This document shows, one piece after another, positions 1 to 9,817 of a stretch of DNA of 64,000 bases. Every line of letters starts with the position of its first letter. The first letter of the stretch is position 1. The notes beneath the pieces are model-generated. The model was not told the DNA's origin. It worked only from the letters and a program-made list of their open reading frames with translations, and made no database searches. This DNA comes from Sedimentisphaerales bacterium. GTDB lineage: Bacteria > Planctomycetota > Phycisphaerae > Sedimentisphaerales > Anaerobacaceae. The translations under genes and the position numbers were made by a program. The stretch spans positions 128,001 through 192,000 of the forward strand of contig JAXGYC010000007.1 of assembly GCA_040772485.1 (NCBI GenBank), in the 5' to 3' direction.

Positions 1-431
1 TCCTGGTAGCACGCTGGTCGATTCAGCAGACGAGCAACACAGAGAGCGGAGACCGCGGACGGAAATATGTGGTAGCCCATATACATGTCCGGTCGCCGGA
101 GCAGACCGACACGGAGCATCCAAACGAACTTGGCCCCTGCGCGGCTTATCAACTTGGCCAGCCACTTGGGAGGGCAGGCAAAGCAGACTCCGTTCAACGG
201 CTGCAACGGCTCATCGATCACCAGGATGACTTCTTTGATCCCACTGCGGGTCAGCGGCACGACGTGGGACAGATACCAGTTCGGATTGAAGAACGTTCCC
301 GTGACGGCAAGCCGTCCGGTTGGTTGCCGTCGCCGGCGCGGGATCATGCGACCCATCACGGCCACCAGCCATGTGACGCCATACGCACTGACCAGCAGGA
401 TATGCGACGCGATTCTGCGGATCGTATTCAT
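1..431 (-). CDS. Probable glycosyltransferase (N-terminal part; runs off the left edge)
   Basis: Not in the ORF track; translated by hand: MNTIRRIASHILLVSAYGVTWLVAVMGR...GTFFNPNWYLSHVVPL...RPDMYMGYHIFP. The ATG overlaps the upstream TGA (ATGA coupling). Function inferred from context. Confidence 0.55.
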   Translation of the reverse strand, partial: MNTIRRIASHILLVSAYGVTWLVAVMGRMIPRRRRQPTGRLAVTGTFFNPNWYLSHVVPLTRSGIKEVILVIDEPLQPLNGVCFACPPKWLAKLISRAGAKFVWMLRVGLLRRPDMYMGYHIFPSAVSALCVARLLNRPACYQ

Positions 432-1591
432 AGCACAGCGGGTCCGAGACTTCGTCCGCCTTCGCGGTGCAGAAGCTCCATGTACACATCCGCCATCTTC
501 TCGGCCAGTCGCTTCGTGGAGAACTCATCACACACCCACTGTCGCGCGTTCTGGCCCATTTCTCGTCGCCGGGTGGAATCGCCCAGGATCAATCCGATCC
601 GATTTGCCATGAACGTATGGTCGTTCACATCGACGAGATATCCTACTTTGCCGTCCTTGACCACATATGCGTTGTCACACACCCTGCTGGCCACGACCGG
701 GACTCCACAGGCCATCGACTCCAGCAGGACATTGGGAGTCCCCTCATGATAGGACGCAAGCACCGTAATATCGCAGGCGGGATAGAGCTGCTCCGTCGTA
801 TCTCGGTGCCCCGTGAACACGCATCGATCACGAATCCCCAACTCATCGACAAGGCGTTGGAGCTGAGCGTGATAGGCATCCAGTCTACCTCGGCTGTCCG
901 TCGGCAGATCACCAACCAGAAGCAGACGCGCATCCGGAAATGCGTCAAGAACACATTTGAATGCCCGGAATGCCATGGCGTGGTTCTTCTGCTTCTTAAA
1001 ATTGGCGAAGACACCAACCAGCGGAGCTGAATCGGGAACATTAAGCTGCTTTCGAATCTCTACGCGGTTGGCAGGGTGAAAACGCTTCGTATCCACACCA
1101 TTGTATACCACTCGGTACTCCGATAGCGGCCGCTTGAACATTCTGGCGTTAGATTCTGCTCCAGCATTCGAGTTGGCAACAACGATGTCCACACAACGTT
1201 GTGTGATTTTGTAGGCAAGCATATATCTCGCCGCAATAGAATAGTTGGCATTTCTTTCAGAACCGACAATCAACTTGGTTCCTGTCAGACGCCCTGCAAG
1301 CCGACTCACAATCTCGGCACTAAAGAGAAACCCATGCACAACATGCGCATTCAACTTCTTCAGCAGTCGCGCCAAGCGTGGTACCACAGTGAGGTCACAT
1401 CTGTTGTACTTCTTGACCACATGGAGCCTGTGTTCGCCATCCATCAACGCGTTGCTAAGGGGGAGATTATTGGAGAGGGAACACACGTGGACGTCGAAAC
1501 AATTGGAGTCCATGTTGTTTGCCAATTCAACCACCTGACGTTCAGCCCCCCCATATCCGAGGTCGTCCACCACGAGGACAACACGAATCAT
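428..1591 (-). CDS. Glycosyltransferase family 4 (GT-B)
   Basis: GGAERQ at the N-terminus, KQKNH, EGTPNVLLESMACG; likely start MIRVVLVV at 1591. Confidence 0.92.
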   Translation of the reverse strand: MIRVVLVVDDLGYGGAERQVVELANNMDSNCFDVHVCSLSNNLPLSNALMDGEHRLHVVKKYNRCDLTVVPRLARLLKKLNAHVVHGFLFSAEIVSRLAGRLTGTKLIVGSERNANYSIAARYMLAYKITQRCVDIVVANSNAGAESNARMFKRPLSEYRVVYNGVDTKRFHPANRVEIRKQLNVPDSAPLVGVFANFKKQKNHAMAFRAFKCVLDAFPDARLLLVGDLPTDSRGRLDAYHAQLQRLVDELGIRDRCVFTGHRDTTEQLYPACDITVLASYHEGTPNVLLESMACGVPVVASRVCDNAYVVKDGKVGYLVDVNDHTFMANRIGLILGDSTRRREMGQNARQWVCDEFSTKRLAEKMADVYMELLHREGGRSLGPAVL

Positions 1592-1691
1592 GCGATTTCG
1601 CGCTCCGAGCGTCTTCGACCGAGTGTGGCCTCTGGGCCGGATCAAGTTCTTGTACATTGTACACAAGGCTGCATTACCCATGGCAAGGTTT

Positions 1692-3602
1692 CTAATTGCT
1701 ATGCAACCACGATTGAAACATCAGAAGATTCCACATTGTTTCAGTATGATCATGCCGCCCGATCATATGATCATCAAGGTAGTTACGCACAACGCGGGGA
1801 TTCAGTATGCCATCCTGTTTGATTGACTCATCGGACAAGACATCGTATGTCCATTCCCGCAATTCTTTGCGGAGCCATTGATTCAGAGGAACGGAAAATC
1901 CCTTTTTGGGTCGGTCAACAAAATCCGGAGGAACATACTTGTAAAGGATTTGTCGCAGAGGCCACTTGGTCCTACCGTCACGAAACTTCATCTTGAGAGG
2001 AAGTCTAAATGCAAACTCAACAATGCGATGATCAAGAAGTGGGATTCGCGTCTCCAGACTACAGGCCATCGCAGCTCGGTCAACTTTGACGAGAATATCA
2101 TCAGGTAGATACGACAGCCCATCCAGAACCATGATCACATTCTCAGGTCTGGACAGCTTGGGCAACTCCCCGCATGAGAACACAGTCGCGGGCTCTATGG
2201 AATTCAAAACGAGTTCCGAAGGAGCAGCGTTCGCTGACACCATAGCTCTGTACACATCCACAAAGGTTCCGGCCTGCAATAAGGCTCGTATCACTGCCTG
2301 CTGTCTTTGACTTGATTTGCACAGGCGTCCTACGAGGTCTACGAGCAGTCCTCGGAAGAACTTATTCACAACTCGAAGTCTCTGTGCAATGGCCCAACGC
2401 TTGGCCAGCAACGTGTAAACCGTATAACCATAGAACAATTCATCTCCGGCATCTCCCGACAAGCTAACCGTTACATGTTGCCTGGCCAACTGAGAGACTA
2501 GGAATGTCGGAATCTGGGATGCATCTGCAAAAGGCTCATCGTACACATGCGGCATCCGGTGCATCACATCCATGACCTGTCGAGGAGTCATGTAAAGCTC
2601 AGTGTGCTTGCATCCAAGGTGCTGCGCAATACGCTTTGCATGGCCAGCTTCATCATAACCGTGCTCCTGAAAACCTATGCAGAATGTGTTGACGGGTTCC
2701 GGATTCAGTCTCTGCATCAGCGCAACAACTGTCGAGGAATCGATACCGCCAGACAGAAAAGCGCCCAGTGGAACATCGGCGACCATCTGGCCTTCGATCG
2801 AATCAAGGAGGAGCATCTCGAGATTGCTGACCGCGTCTTCTGAAGAACCATCATATCCGCTTGACTCGGCCTCCTCCGCTACTTGTTTTAGAGACCAATA
2901 CGTGGTCTTCCTGTAATGTCTCAGGCTATTGTTCAGCAGGTTTCTGCGAATCGACATTTCGAGAATGGTGCCGGGTTCCAGTTTGAATACATCCCGATAA
3001 ACCGAGTACGGTGCGGGGATGTATTTGTGCCGGAAGTACAGCGATAGAGAGTCTCTGCAGATCTCGCCTATGAACTCTGGGTGGCTTCGCATTGCTTTCA
3101 GTTCTGAAGCAAACAGGAACGTGTCCTTTTGCCACCCATAATACAGCGGCTTCTCGCCCATGCGGTCTCTGATGAGATAGAGTATCGCTTCTCTAACATC
3201 CCATAGCGCGATAGCGAACATTCCGATGCATTTGCCGATCGTCTGTCTGACTCCCCAGCGTTCTACTCCCGCGAGAACAACCTCCGTGTCTGAATGCCCT
3301 CTGAAAACGCTACCACAAGATGCCAATTCCCGGCGCAGCGCACGGTGGTTGTAGATCTCGCCATTAAAAACGATGACATAGCGCCCAGTGTCGGAATGCA
3401 TGGGTTGACTGCCGCTGCTAGACAGGTCAATGATTGACAGGCGCCGATGCGCCAAAGCCAGTTCTACTTCGTCGCTTATCCACACGCCGCCACTGTCTGG
3501 TCCTCGGTGCTGCATAGCGCCTGCCATCATGTTGGCAATGGCAATTATCTCGCCGGCACGTCTCTGGCTCTTGATCGTGATGTATCCCGCTATACCACAC
3601 AT
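1692..3602 (-). CDS. asnB: Asparagine synthase (glutamine-hydrolysing)-like amidotransferase, polysaccharide-associated
   Basis: MCGIAG (Ntn Cys2), HRGPD, RLSIIDLS, FNGEIYN, LSGGIDSS PP-loop, KVDRAAMACSLETRIP. Confidence 0.93.
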   Translation of the reverse strand: MCGIAGYITIKSQRRAGEIIAIANMMAGAMQHRGPDSGGVWISDEVELALAHRRLSIIDLSSSGSQPMHSDTGRYVIVFNGEIYNHRALRRELASCGSVFRGHSDTEVVLAGVERWGVRQTIGKCIGMFAIALWDVREAILYLIRDRMGEKPLYYGWQKDTFLFASELKAMRSHPEFIGEICRDSLSLYFRHKYIPAPYSVYRDVFKLEPGTILEMSIRRNLLNNSLRHYRKTTYWSLKQVAEEAESSGYDGSSEDAVSNLEMLLLDSIEGQMVADVPLGAFLSGGIDSSTVVALMQRLNPEPVNTFCIGFQEHGYDEAGHAKRIAQHLGCKHTELYMTPRQVMDVMHRMPHVYDEPFADASQIPTFLVSQLARQHVTVSLSGDAGDELFYGYTVYTLLAKRWAIAQRLRVVNKFFRGLLVDLVGRLCKSSQRQQAVIRALLQAGTFVDVYRAMVSANAAPSELVLNSIEPATVFSCGELPKLSRPENVIMVLDGLSYLPDDILVKVDRAAMACSLETRIPLLDHRIVEFAFRLPLKMKFRDGRTKWPLRQILYKYVPPDFVDRPKKGFSVPLNQWLRKELREWTYDVLSDESIKQDGILNPRVVRNYLDDHMIGRHDHTETMWNLLMFQSWLHSN

Positions 3603-3625
3603 CTGTCGGTGTTCCAGTGACACAC

Positions 3626-4765
3626 TCACTGCCTACATAGGTCCTCTACTACGCGAGCAAACCGACTCATACTCGAATCGAGTGCATGGTTCTTTAGATA
3701 GTAATCTCGCGCGGACTCAGCGGCGGTCCGCCACTGTTCCACATCAGTGGTTGCCGCAAGAAGAGCATCAGCTAGGCCGTCAACAGACTCTGCAGTCCAC
3801 CCAAGGTTGTGTCGGGAGATCACGCCATCGGGATCAAAGGTTGAAACTACTGGTATACCAAGACTCCATGCCTCCAAGAAGGTATTTGGAAAACCTTCGT
3901 ATGCGGATGTACAGCAGAGGACGCGGCAACGCCGATAGTAGCCTGCCATCTCCTTGTGCAAGATTCTGCCATGCATCTCCACATTGGGGATCTGAGCGGC
4001 ACGCATTGTCAGCATAGAGGCATATTCGGAGTTAGCGTTACAGGCCCCCACTACGTCAAAATGGATCTCTGGGTACCGTTGTGCCACATCGAGAAGCCAC
4101 TCCAGACGTTTCTCGTCACTAATGCGGCCGACCCACAGTACATGCGAGGAACTCTCCTGATAGCTGTTTCGAGTAGGCAACTCTGTCAGTGGAAACCCTT
4201 CGCAGGGCATCGAAATCACGGTTGAATCGATCCCAAAGCCTTCCCAGAGCATTTGTCGTTGGTGTTGCGTCTGGACTATGATACGATCCGCATGTTGGAG
4301 GCCATACTTGTAGAGAAGCCGTTCTCTCCACGGTTTAAGTATGGGTAGATTGGGGTCACAATTGGGATCGCTGGCAACGGAGTACACAGACTTGCGGCCG
4401 TGCCTGCGGCACCACATCACCATCTGGCCCAGACCGAGGTCACCACAGTTGTAGTAGTATACGTCAGCATCGGCCCGCTGCATCGCTGCGCTCAGACTTG
4501 TCCATCTCGGATACAGAAAACGCAAACCTTTGCAGCCAGTATCACGCCGGCACATCTTAAACACACTGACTCGAGAAATCTCGACACCGTCTGGCTGCCC
4601 CTCATCCCAGGTAATCATGGTGACAGCATAGCCGTGAGAGGAAAACCAACGCCCCATCAGGGATGACTGGGTTTCGATCCCGCCGGCGTGGCCGGAGTCA
4701 ATACCGGCCAACGCTCCGTAGGCATTCTGGGCTACAAAGCAGATCCGCGGTTTTCCTCTACACAT
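3626..4765 (-). CDS. Glycosyltransferase family 4
   Basis: VLWVGRISDEKR, EGFPNTFLEAWSLGIPVV. Confidence 0.9.
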   Translation of the reverse strand: MCRGKPRICFVAQNAYGALAGIDSGHAGGIETQSSLMGRWFSSHGYAVTMITWDEGQPDGVEISRVSVFKMCRRDTGCKGLRFLYPRWTSLSAAMQRADADVYYYNCGDLGLGQMVMWCRRHGRKSVYSVASDPNCDPNLPILKPWRERLLYKYGLQHADRIIVQTQHQRQMLWEGFGIDSTVISMPCEGFPLTELPTRNSYQESSSHVLWVGRISDEKRLEWLLDVAQRYPEIHFDVVGACNANSEYASMLTMRAAQIPNVEMHGRILHKEMAGYYRRCRVLCCTSAYEGFPNTFLEAWSLGIPVVSTFDPDGVISRHNLGWTAESVDGLADALLAATTDVEQWRTAAESARDYYLKNHALDSSMSRFARVVEDLCRQ

Positions 4766-4807
4766 GTGAAGCCATATCCTTCGCTGATGATTGCGGACCA
4801 GGTAGCA

Positions 4808-5734
4808 CTAATTATCCGCTGCCTTCACTACGAGATGTCGGTCTCGAAGGAAAAGCACAATTCCCACCGGAAGACAGATAAGAAAAGCTACCCTATTTGG
4901 GGTACCTCGCCAGCAACTCTTGATCGGAAGCTGAGCATGGAGCGTGTATCGTGTGAGGTTAACGGACGACCTAAGGGAGACTGCTAGCGGCAATCGCCTG
5001 CCACAATTAAGCAATTCCGATAGTAGTACAACCTTGACCATAGGGTTCCTGATTGAGTTGACCCTGCTGTTATCTGTCAGGCCACCTTTCTGATACTCCT
5101 TGACAGCAAAAACTCTGTTGACAAATCGAGTGGAGTAGGCGTTCCCAATACGATTCCAGACTATCGACTCGCTCACGAAGCGCCCAAGATCCTCTGGAAA
5201 CGGAAACTGTCTCATGACATCTGTTCGCTTGAAGCCAATCTTATCTCCTTTCTTGCGGTGGACATTCTTGGCCTCAAAATCATCTGAATCCCAAACGTCG
5301 CTCGGGAACTTCGAGCCGATGATCTGGCCATTCTCATAGGCGCAGAGGCCGCACACACCACTACAGGTGTACTTGGCGGTGTCTTCTATAGCGTCCCAGA
5401 ACTCGAGCATCTTCTCCAATGCGTCATCTACGTACCAGTCATCAGAATCCAAAATTGCAAAGAACCTGCCCTGGGCGAGACTGACCCCCTTGTTGACGGC
5501 CGTGTGGACACCTCCATTGGGTTGCCAAACGTAGCGAATAGCAAAAGGGGCCATCCTGGTGAACGACTCCACAACTTGCGCCGTTGCGTCCCTTGATCCG
5601 TCATCAACAATGAGCCACTCGAAGTCTCTATAGGTCTGGCGCGTGAGACTCGCGTACACGCGCGGAAGTAGATTGGCCCGATTGTAGGTTCCGGTAAAGA
5701 CCGTAAAGGTATACTGATATGACAGAGTCTCCAT
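4808..5734 (-). CDS. Glycosyltransferase family 2
   Basis: TYNRANLL, IVDDGSRD, LDSDD (DxD). Confidence 0.92.
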   Translation of the reverse strand: METLSYQYTFTVFTGTYNRANLLPRVYASLTRQTYRDFEWLIVDDGSRDATAQVVESFTRMAPFAIRYVWQPNGGVHTAVNKGVSLAQGRFFAILDSDDWYVDDALEKMLEFWDAIEDTAKYTCSGVCGLCAYENGQIIGSKFPSDVWDSDDFEAKNVHRKKGDKIGFKRTDVMRQFPFPEDLGRFVSESIVWNRIGNAYSTRFVNRVFAVKEYQKGGLTDNSRVNSIRNPMVKVVLLSELLNCGRRLPLAVSLRSSVNLTRYTLHAQLPIKSCWRGTPNRVAFLICLPVGIVLFLRDRHLVVKAADN

Positions 5735-5749
5735 TGTGTATCCTTCTAC

Positions 5750-7402
5750 CTACGCTGATGTCGCGGCAGGAGTCCCCATGAAGCGCAGAATCTGCGTCTT
5801 CAGGGCAGTTGGTAATACGAATCGCCAGTATACCCCTACCAGAATGGCCCCTCCCGATACACAGCCCCACAGCAGTCCTTTGCCGGGCGCTGCTGCGAAT
5901 ACGCGATGAGCAAAGACAAGGCAGACCGCAAAAGGCGATACGAAAATGATGGGTTTGACGGCTATCTGGGCAAAATAGTTTCGCAGATTGAGCCCCACGC
6001 GTCGGCATATCAGAAGTGGTAGATAGACCAAGTTCACTATCGCTAAAGGCAGCGTGATGGCTGTGGCGGTCGCCACAAGACCCCAATGGAGATATCCGAG
6101 AACCAGAAGCGACAGTGCAACTGAGCACACGGAACCGACGAACTGAGCCACACCGGCTCGACCATGGGCATTAAGACCTACCAGCATGTTCAGCACGGGC
6201 ACGTGTGCCAGCGATGCGAGGGAACCGATAGCCAGAATCGCTGGAATCAGACCATTGTCGTACCGAGGGCCCATCCACAGCCGCATCAGCGCCCCGCCAA
6301 ACACAATCAGTACAAGTACGATCGGCAAGACCAGATAGAGCGCGTAACGAACGGATTTGGTCACGAGTTCACGGATCGCCGTCATATCCCCGACGCCCTG
6401 CATAGCCGCCGTGGTTGGCGTCAGAACAAACGCCATCTTGTTGACCAGGGTGTTTACATGGTGTATCAAGGAACGCGGACGGGCGAAGAATGCCAGCGCT
6501 GCCGGGCCCAAGTACAACACAACCAGGATACTCGTGGTCTGATTCAAGAGCAGGTTGGATACACTGGGAATGAGCGACTTGCCACCGAACATGAACAGCT
6601 TCCTGACCGTGCCCCACCCGACAAAGGAGAGCTGTAACCGTAGCCCCTCACATACCCTGTGTGCGACTATTACGAGGGCCACCTCAGACACAATCGCGCC
6701 CAAGAGGTTAATCAGAGCCAGCGTCCACAGGTCCCCATTCAGCAACAGAGCGCCGATCATCCCGGCAACCATGGTTGCATAGCCAGCGCTCTTGATAGCG
6801 TTGTAAAGGCCCCAGCGATGACAGCCGGTGAGGACGCCGTGAAAGGCTCCAAAGGCCATGCTGACCGCCAGGCTGGCCCCGAGAAGAAAGACCACCCACT
6901 GGGCCTCATGGACATGCCCCTCCAACCGGTGACCGAACAGGGGATGGAGCAGGAGTGAGGCAGCAGCCGACAGTCCCAGCACCAGCACACCAGAGACACT
7001 CATGATGCAGAAAGCGGTACTGACAACGCGGTTCATGCCCTCAACATCTCTGGCGGCCCGATCCCTGGCTACGTAGCGATTCACAGAGGAACCGATCCCC
7101 GCCTGGACCAGACCGAAATAGTGTACCAACGACCAAGCAAAGTCCCAAATCCCCAGTGATTCTTGGCCAAGGTGCTCGTCAATTATACGTGGCAAGAAAA
7201 ATCCACCAAGCAGAAACGCCAAATACGCAAACCAACTCCAGAGCACACTCGAAACCAATCGCCCTCGGCCAGTAACATCTAAATCATCTTCGCGTTCTGC
7301 GCGATCCGGGCAGCAGGTGCTGTCCTGTTGGGTATAGATGCTGTCTTTTGAAGGCGGTTGGGATTCTCGCTGTGTAATATTCGGGGGGGGGTCTAGGTGC
7401 AT
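5750..7402 (-). CDS. wzx: Wzx-type oligosaccharide flippase
   Basis: Many hydrophobic segments, LGQESLGIW, context in a polysaccharide cluster; start uncertain. Confidence 0.8.
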   Translation of the reverse strand: MHLDPPPNITQRESQPPSKDSIYTQQDSTCCPDRAEREDDLDVTGRGRLVSSVLWSWFAYLAFLLGGFFLPRIIDEHLGQESLGIWDFAWSLVHYFGLVQAGIGSSVNRYVARDRAARDVEGMNRVVSTAFCIMSVSGVLVLGLSAAASLLLHPLFGHRLEGHVHEAQWVVFLLGASLAVSMAFGAFHGVLTGCHRWGLYNAIKSAGYATMVAGMIGALLLNGDLWTLALINLLGAIVSEVALVIVAHRVCEGLRLQLSFVGWGTVRKLFMFGGKSLIPSVSNLLLNQTTSILVVLYLGPAALAFFARPRSLIHHVNTLVNKMAFVLTPTTAAMQGVGDMTAIRELVTKSVRYALYLVLPIVLVLIVFGGALMRLWMGPRYDNGLIPAILAIGSLASLAHVPVLNMLVGLNAHGRAGVAQFVGSVCSVALSLLVLGYLHWGLVATATAITLPLAIVNLVYLPLLICRRVGLNLRNYFAQIAVKPIIFVSPFAVCLVFAHRVFAAAPGKGLLWGCVSGGAILVGVYWRFVLPTALKTQILRFMGTPAATSA

Positions 7403-8149
7403 CTATTCTGCCTCCGCGACGCACGGCTTGACAAGCTGACACAGGATCTGCTGTCGAAAACAACCGAACAGCCTTCGCCGCAGCACGTACCGTTCAAAGA
7501 CCACTGCACAGCGGTAGGCCAATGTGGAAAACATGAAGTATTGTGGATGATTTGATAAGTAACGAATACTGGCTGCATGCAGACCTGCCGAAGCAGCAAG
7601 CCGCCGCAGAGCGCGGGAAGAATTCGCTCTGTAGTATGCTGGAAAGGTATCTTCGACTTCTGTCTCAGTAATGACAGTATTGGCCCACTGTCGGATACGA
7701 TGTGGAACCGCTCTACCCAGAACTATAGGGAGATGATACTTGCTTGGCGTTGTCAGCATGAGAATTCCGCCCTGCTTCAGGACTCGCTTGCACTCCAAGA
7801 GTACCTTCCCAGGATTGGGCAGGTGTTCAGCCACATTGACCATGGCGATTACATCCACGCTCTGGTCGCTGAGCGGTAGTGCTTCAGCATTTCCATTCAG
7901 AACCTCCACATTGCCCTCAACAACAGGGGCTGTGACCTCTAGGTCGATACCGTAAGCTTTTTTGACAACTGGTGACACTTTGTGCAGGAACAATGGTTCG
8001 CGGCCACATCCGATGTCCAGGATCGTGGATTCGGATGATAGCAGGCACATAAATTCTCTGATAAAAACAGCCCCTGGTAGTTGGTTCCGGTCATAGAACC
8101 GATCACGAATGTCCTTGCATCTTCTGACCGTGCTTGTCTTGTCGCTCAT
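7403..8149 (-). CDS. Class I SAM-dependent methyltransferase
   Basis: ILDIGCG, GNAEALPL, AEHLPNP, RVLKQGG. Confidence 0.88.
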   Translation of the reverse strand: MSDKTSTVRRCKDIRDRFYDRNQLPGAVFIREFMCLLSSESTILDIGCGREPLFLHKVSPVVKKAYGIDLEVTAPVVEGNVEVLNGNAEALPLSDQSVDVIAMVNVAEHLPNPGKVLLECKRVLKQGGILMLTTPSKYHLPIVLGRAVPHRIRQWANTVITETEVEDTFPAYYRANSSRALRRLAASAGLHAASIRYLSNHPQYFMFSTLAYRCAVVFERYVLRRRLFGCFRQQILCQLVKPCVAEAE

Positions 8150-8833
8150 TCTGTTTCTCTCAACCTGCGAGCCCATACACACAGCAGCGGTGTCCCCCGC
8201 GGTCGTAGATGCGTCGGTCGTTCTTCGCCTGTTCCATCAACCGGCCTGGAACCTCGGTTCGCATTCTCCCTACAGGCAGCAGTACCGGAGGACGAGGGAG
8301 CGGTACGAGCCCTCACTCTGCTTTCTGCGAGTTCACATTTCCATAATAAGACCGCTACGTTGTTCGTCGGCTTGCATTCGCCGAGGCCCTTCCTGGAGAG
8401 AAAGACCCGATCTTCGCCATAGCGAGGCGCTTCGATACAATAGCTTGGGAAGGGCTGAGCCGCCTGCGGACCTTGTGACCGAACCCGTTGGTCGATTTGA
8501 GTTCACCGTCGTCGACATTCATGGTACTCTCACCGCACCAGAGGTCACACGTTATCGCATCGACCAGTCGCCTGGGTATCGCTCATCAGAGCATGATCGC
8601 CCCTTCAGCAGTCGGCCCGGACGGCGACCAAACCCTTTCGGGCCCCGGTATAGGCGTTTCATTGCGAAGCGGCAGTCTCGTAGCGCACATTCCATATGCC
8701 ACAACGGGGACCCGGAGCGCTGTGATCGCAATGGTAGCCCAAATTGGATGGCAAGGGTCTTCACTGCGGTGATGAGGACCATCCGTATCGCGATGCAAAC
8801 CTGCAACCTCTTCATGCAGGTGTGTCTAGAGAA

Positions 8834-9817
8834 TCACGCATAGCCATATCGCCGATTCATCTCGCCAGCAACGGCATCGAGCGTTCGCAGATCAGATTGA
8901 GTCAGCGCTTCTCGCCAACGCTCGTCCAAACGAATCTCAGATGTGGTATCGAGACGCATGCCGTTGCCGACGACGTGCTGTTCGACCGATCGAAAGCCCT
9001 TGGGCTGCCGTCCAGGCTCGACGCCGAGGAAACGATGCAGTCGGGCCAATGTCTCGTCGGGCTCACGGCAGTAGTCTTCATAGCGGACCTCGATCCATCG
9101 CGAACGGTCCAGACATCGCAGGACGGCCTCAGCCTCTTCCATACAGCGGCGCCACTGATACGCCGCCTGATGCATGGAGAGCCGTTCACCCTTGCGGTCG
9201 CCGCCCGTGCCGCCGGCGCGTTTGTTAGGATCCTCGGCATCGGCAAAACCGGCCGGGTCCATGTAGGTCAGCGCCACCGCCCGACCGTCACGGATCAGAC
9301 GGATGACTTTGACGTCCAGTTCGGGATTGCGAAGGAGGTACTTCAGCCGCAGGCCGACCTTGGAGGAATCGACGACAACGTGTGCTCCGGCCAGTTCCGC
9401 AATCGTCGAAGCCAACGCGGCATTTCGTCTGTGAATCTCCGGCAGAGCGGCACGCCACACCGAAGAAAGCGACAGGCCTGTATCGCGGATGCACTCGAGG
9501 GCCTTGCCTCTGTGCATGGGCCTCAGCAGACGCTGGGCATATCGAGACTCCCCCCCGCGATAGTCTGTCCCGGCACGGGCGAGGTCGAACGCCACGCCAC
9601 GGCGAGCCATACCCTCCGATACACTCTGCCAGAAAGCACACTGACGGATAAACTGACCGCAGGAGCAGCGATAGCGGTCGAGATTGCCCATCGCACGGGG
9701 CGAGAGGTTCATCTCACCGATGGTAGCGATCTGGGGATGCGAGCCGAGCAGCATGCTGAGCAGAGTCGAGCCGGAATGACTGGCCGCCAAGATGTAGGCC
9801 AATTGCATCATTGCCAT
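8834..9817 (-). CDS. PAPS-dependent sulfotransferase family protein
   Basis: ILAASHSGSTLL (5'-PSB loop), VVDSSK, LIRDGRAV, VRYEDYC. Confidence 0.85.
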   Translation of the reverse strand: MAMMQLAYILAASHSGSTLLSMLLGSHPQIATIGEMNLSPRAMGNLDRYRCSCGQFIRQCAFWQSVSEGMARRGVAFDLARAGTDYRGGESRYAQRLLRPMHRGKALECIRDTGLSLSSVWRAALPEIHRRNAALASTIAELAGAHVVVDSSKVGLRLKYLLRNPELDVKVIRLIRDGRAVALTYMDPAGFADAEDPNKRAGGTGGDRKGERLSMHQAAYQWRRCMEEAEAVLRCLDRSRWIEVRYEDYCREPDETLARLHRFLGVEPGRQPKGFRSVEQHVVGNGMRLDTTSEIRLDERWREALTQSDLRTLDAVAGEMNRRYGYA

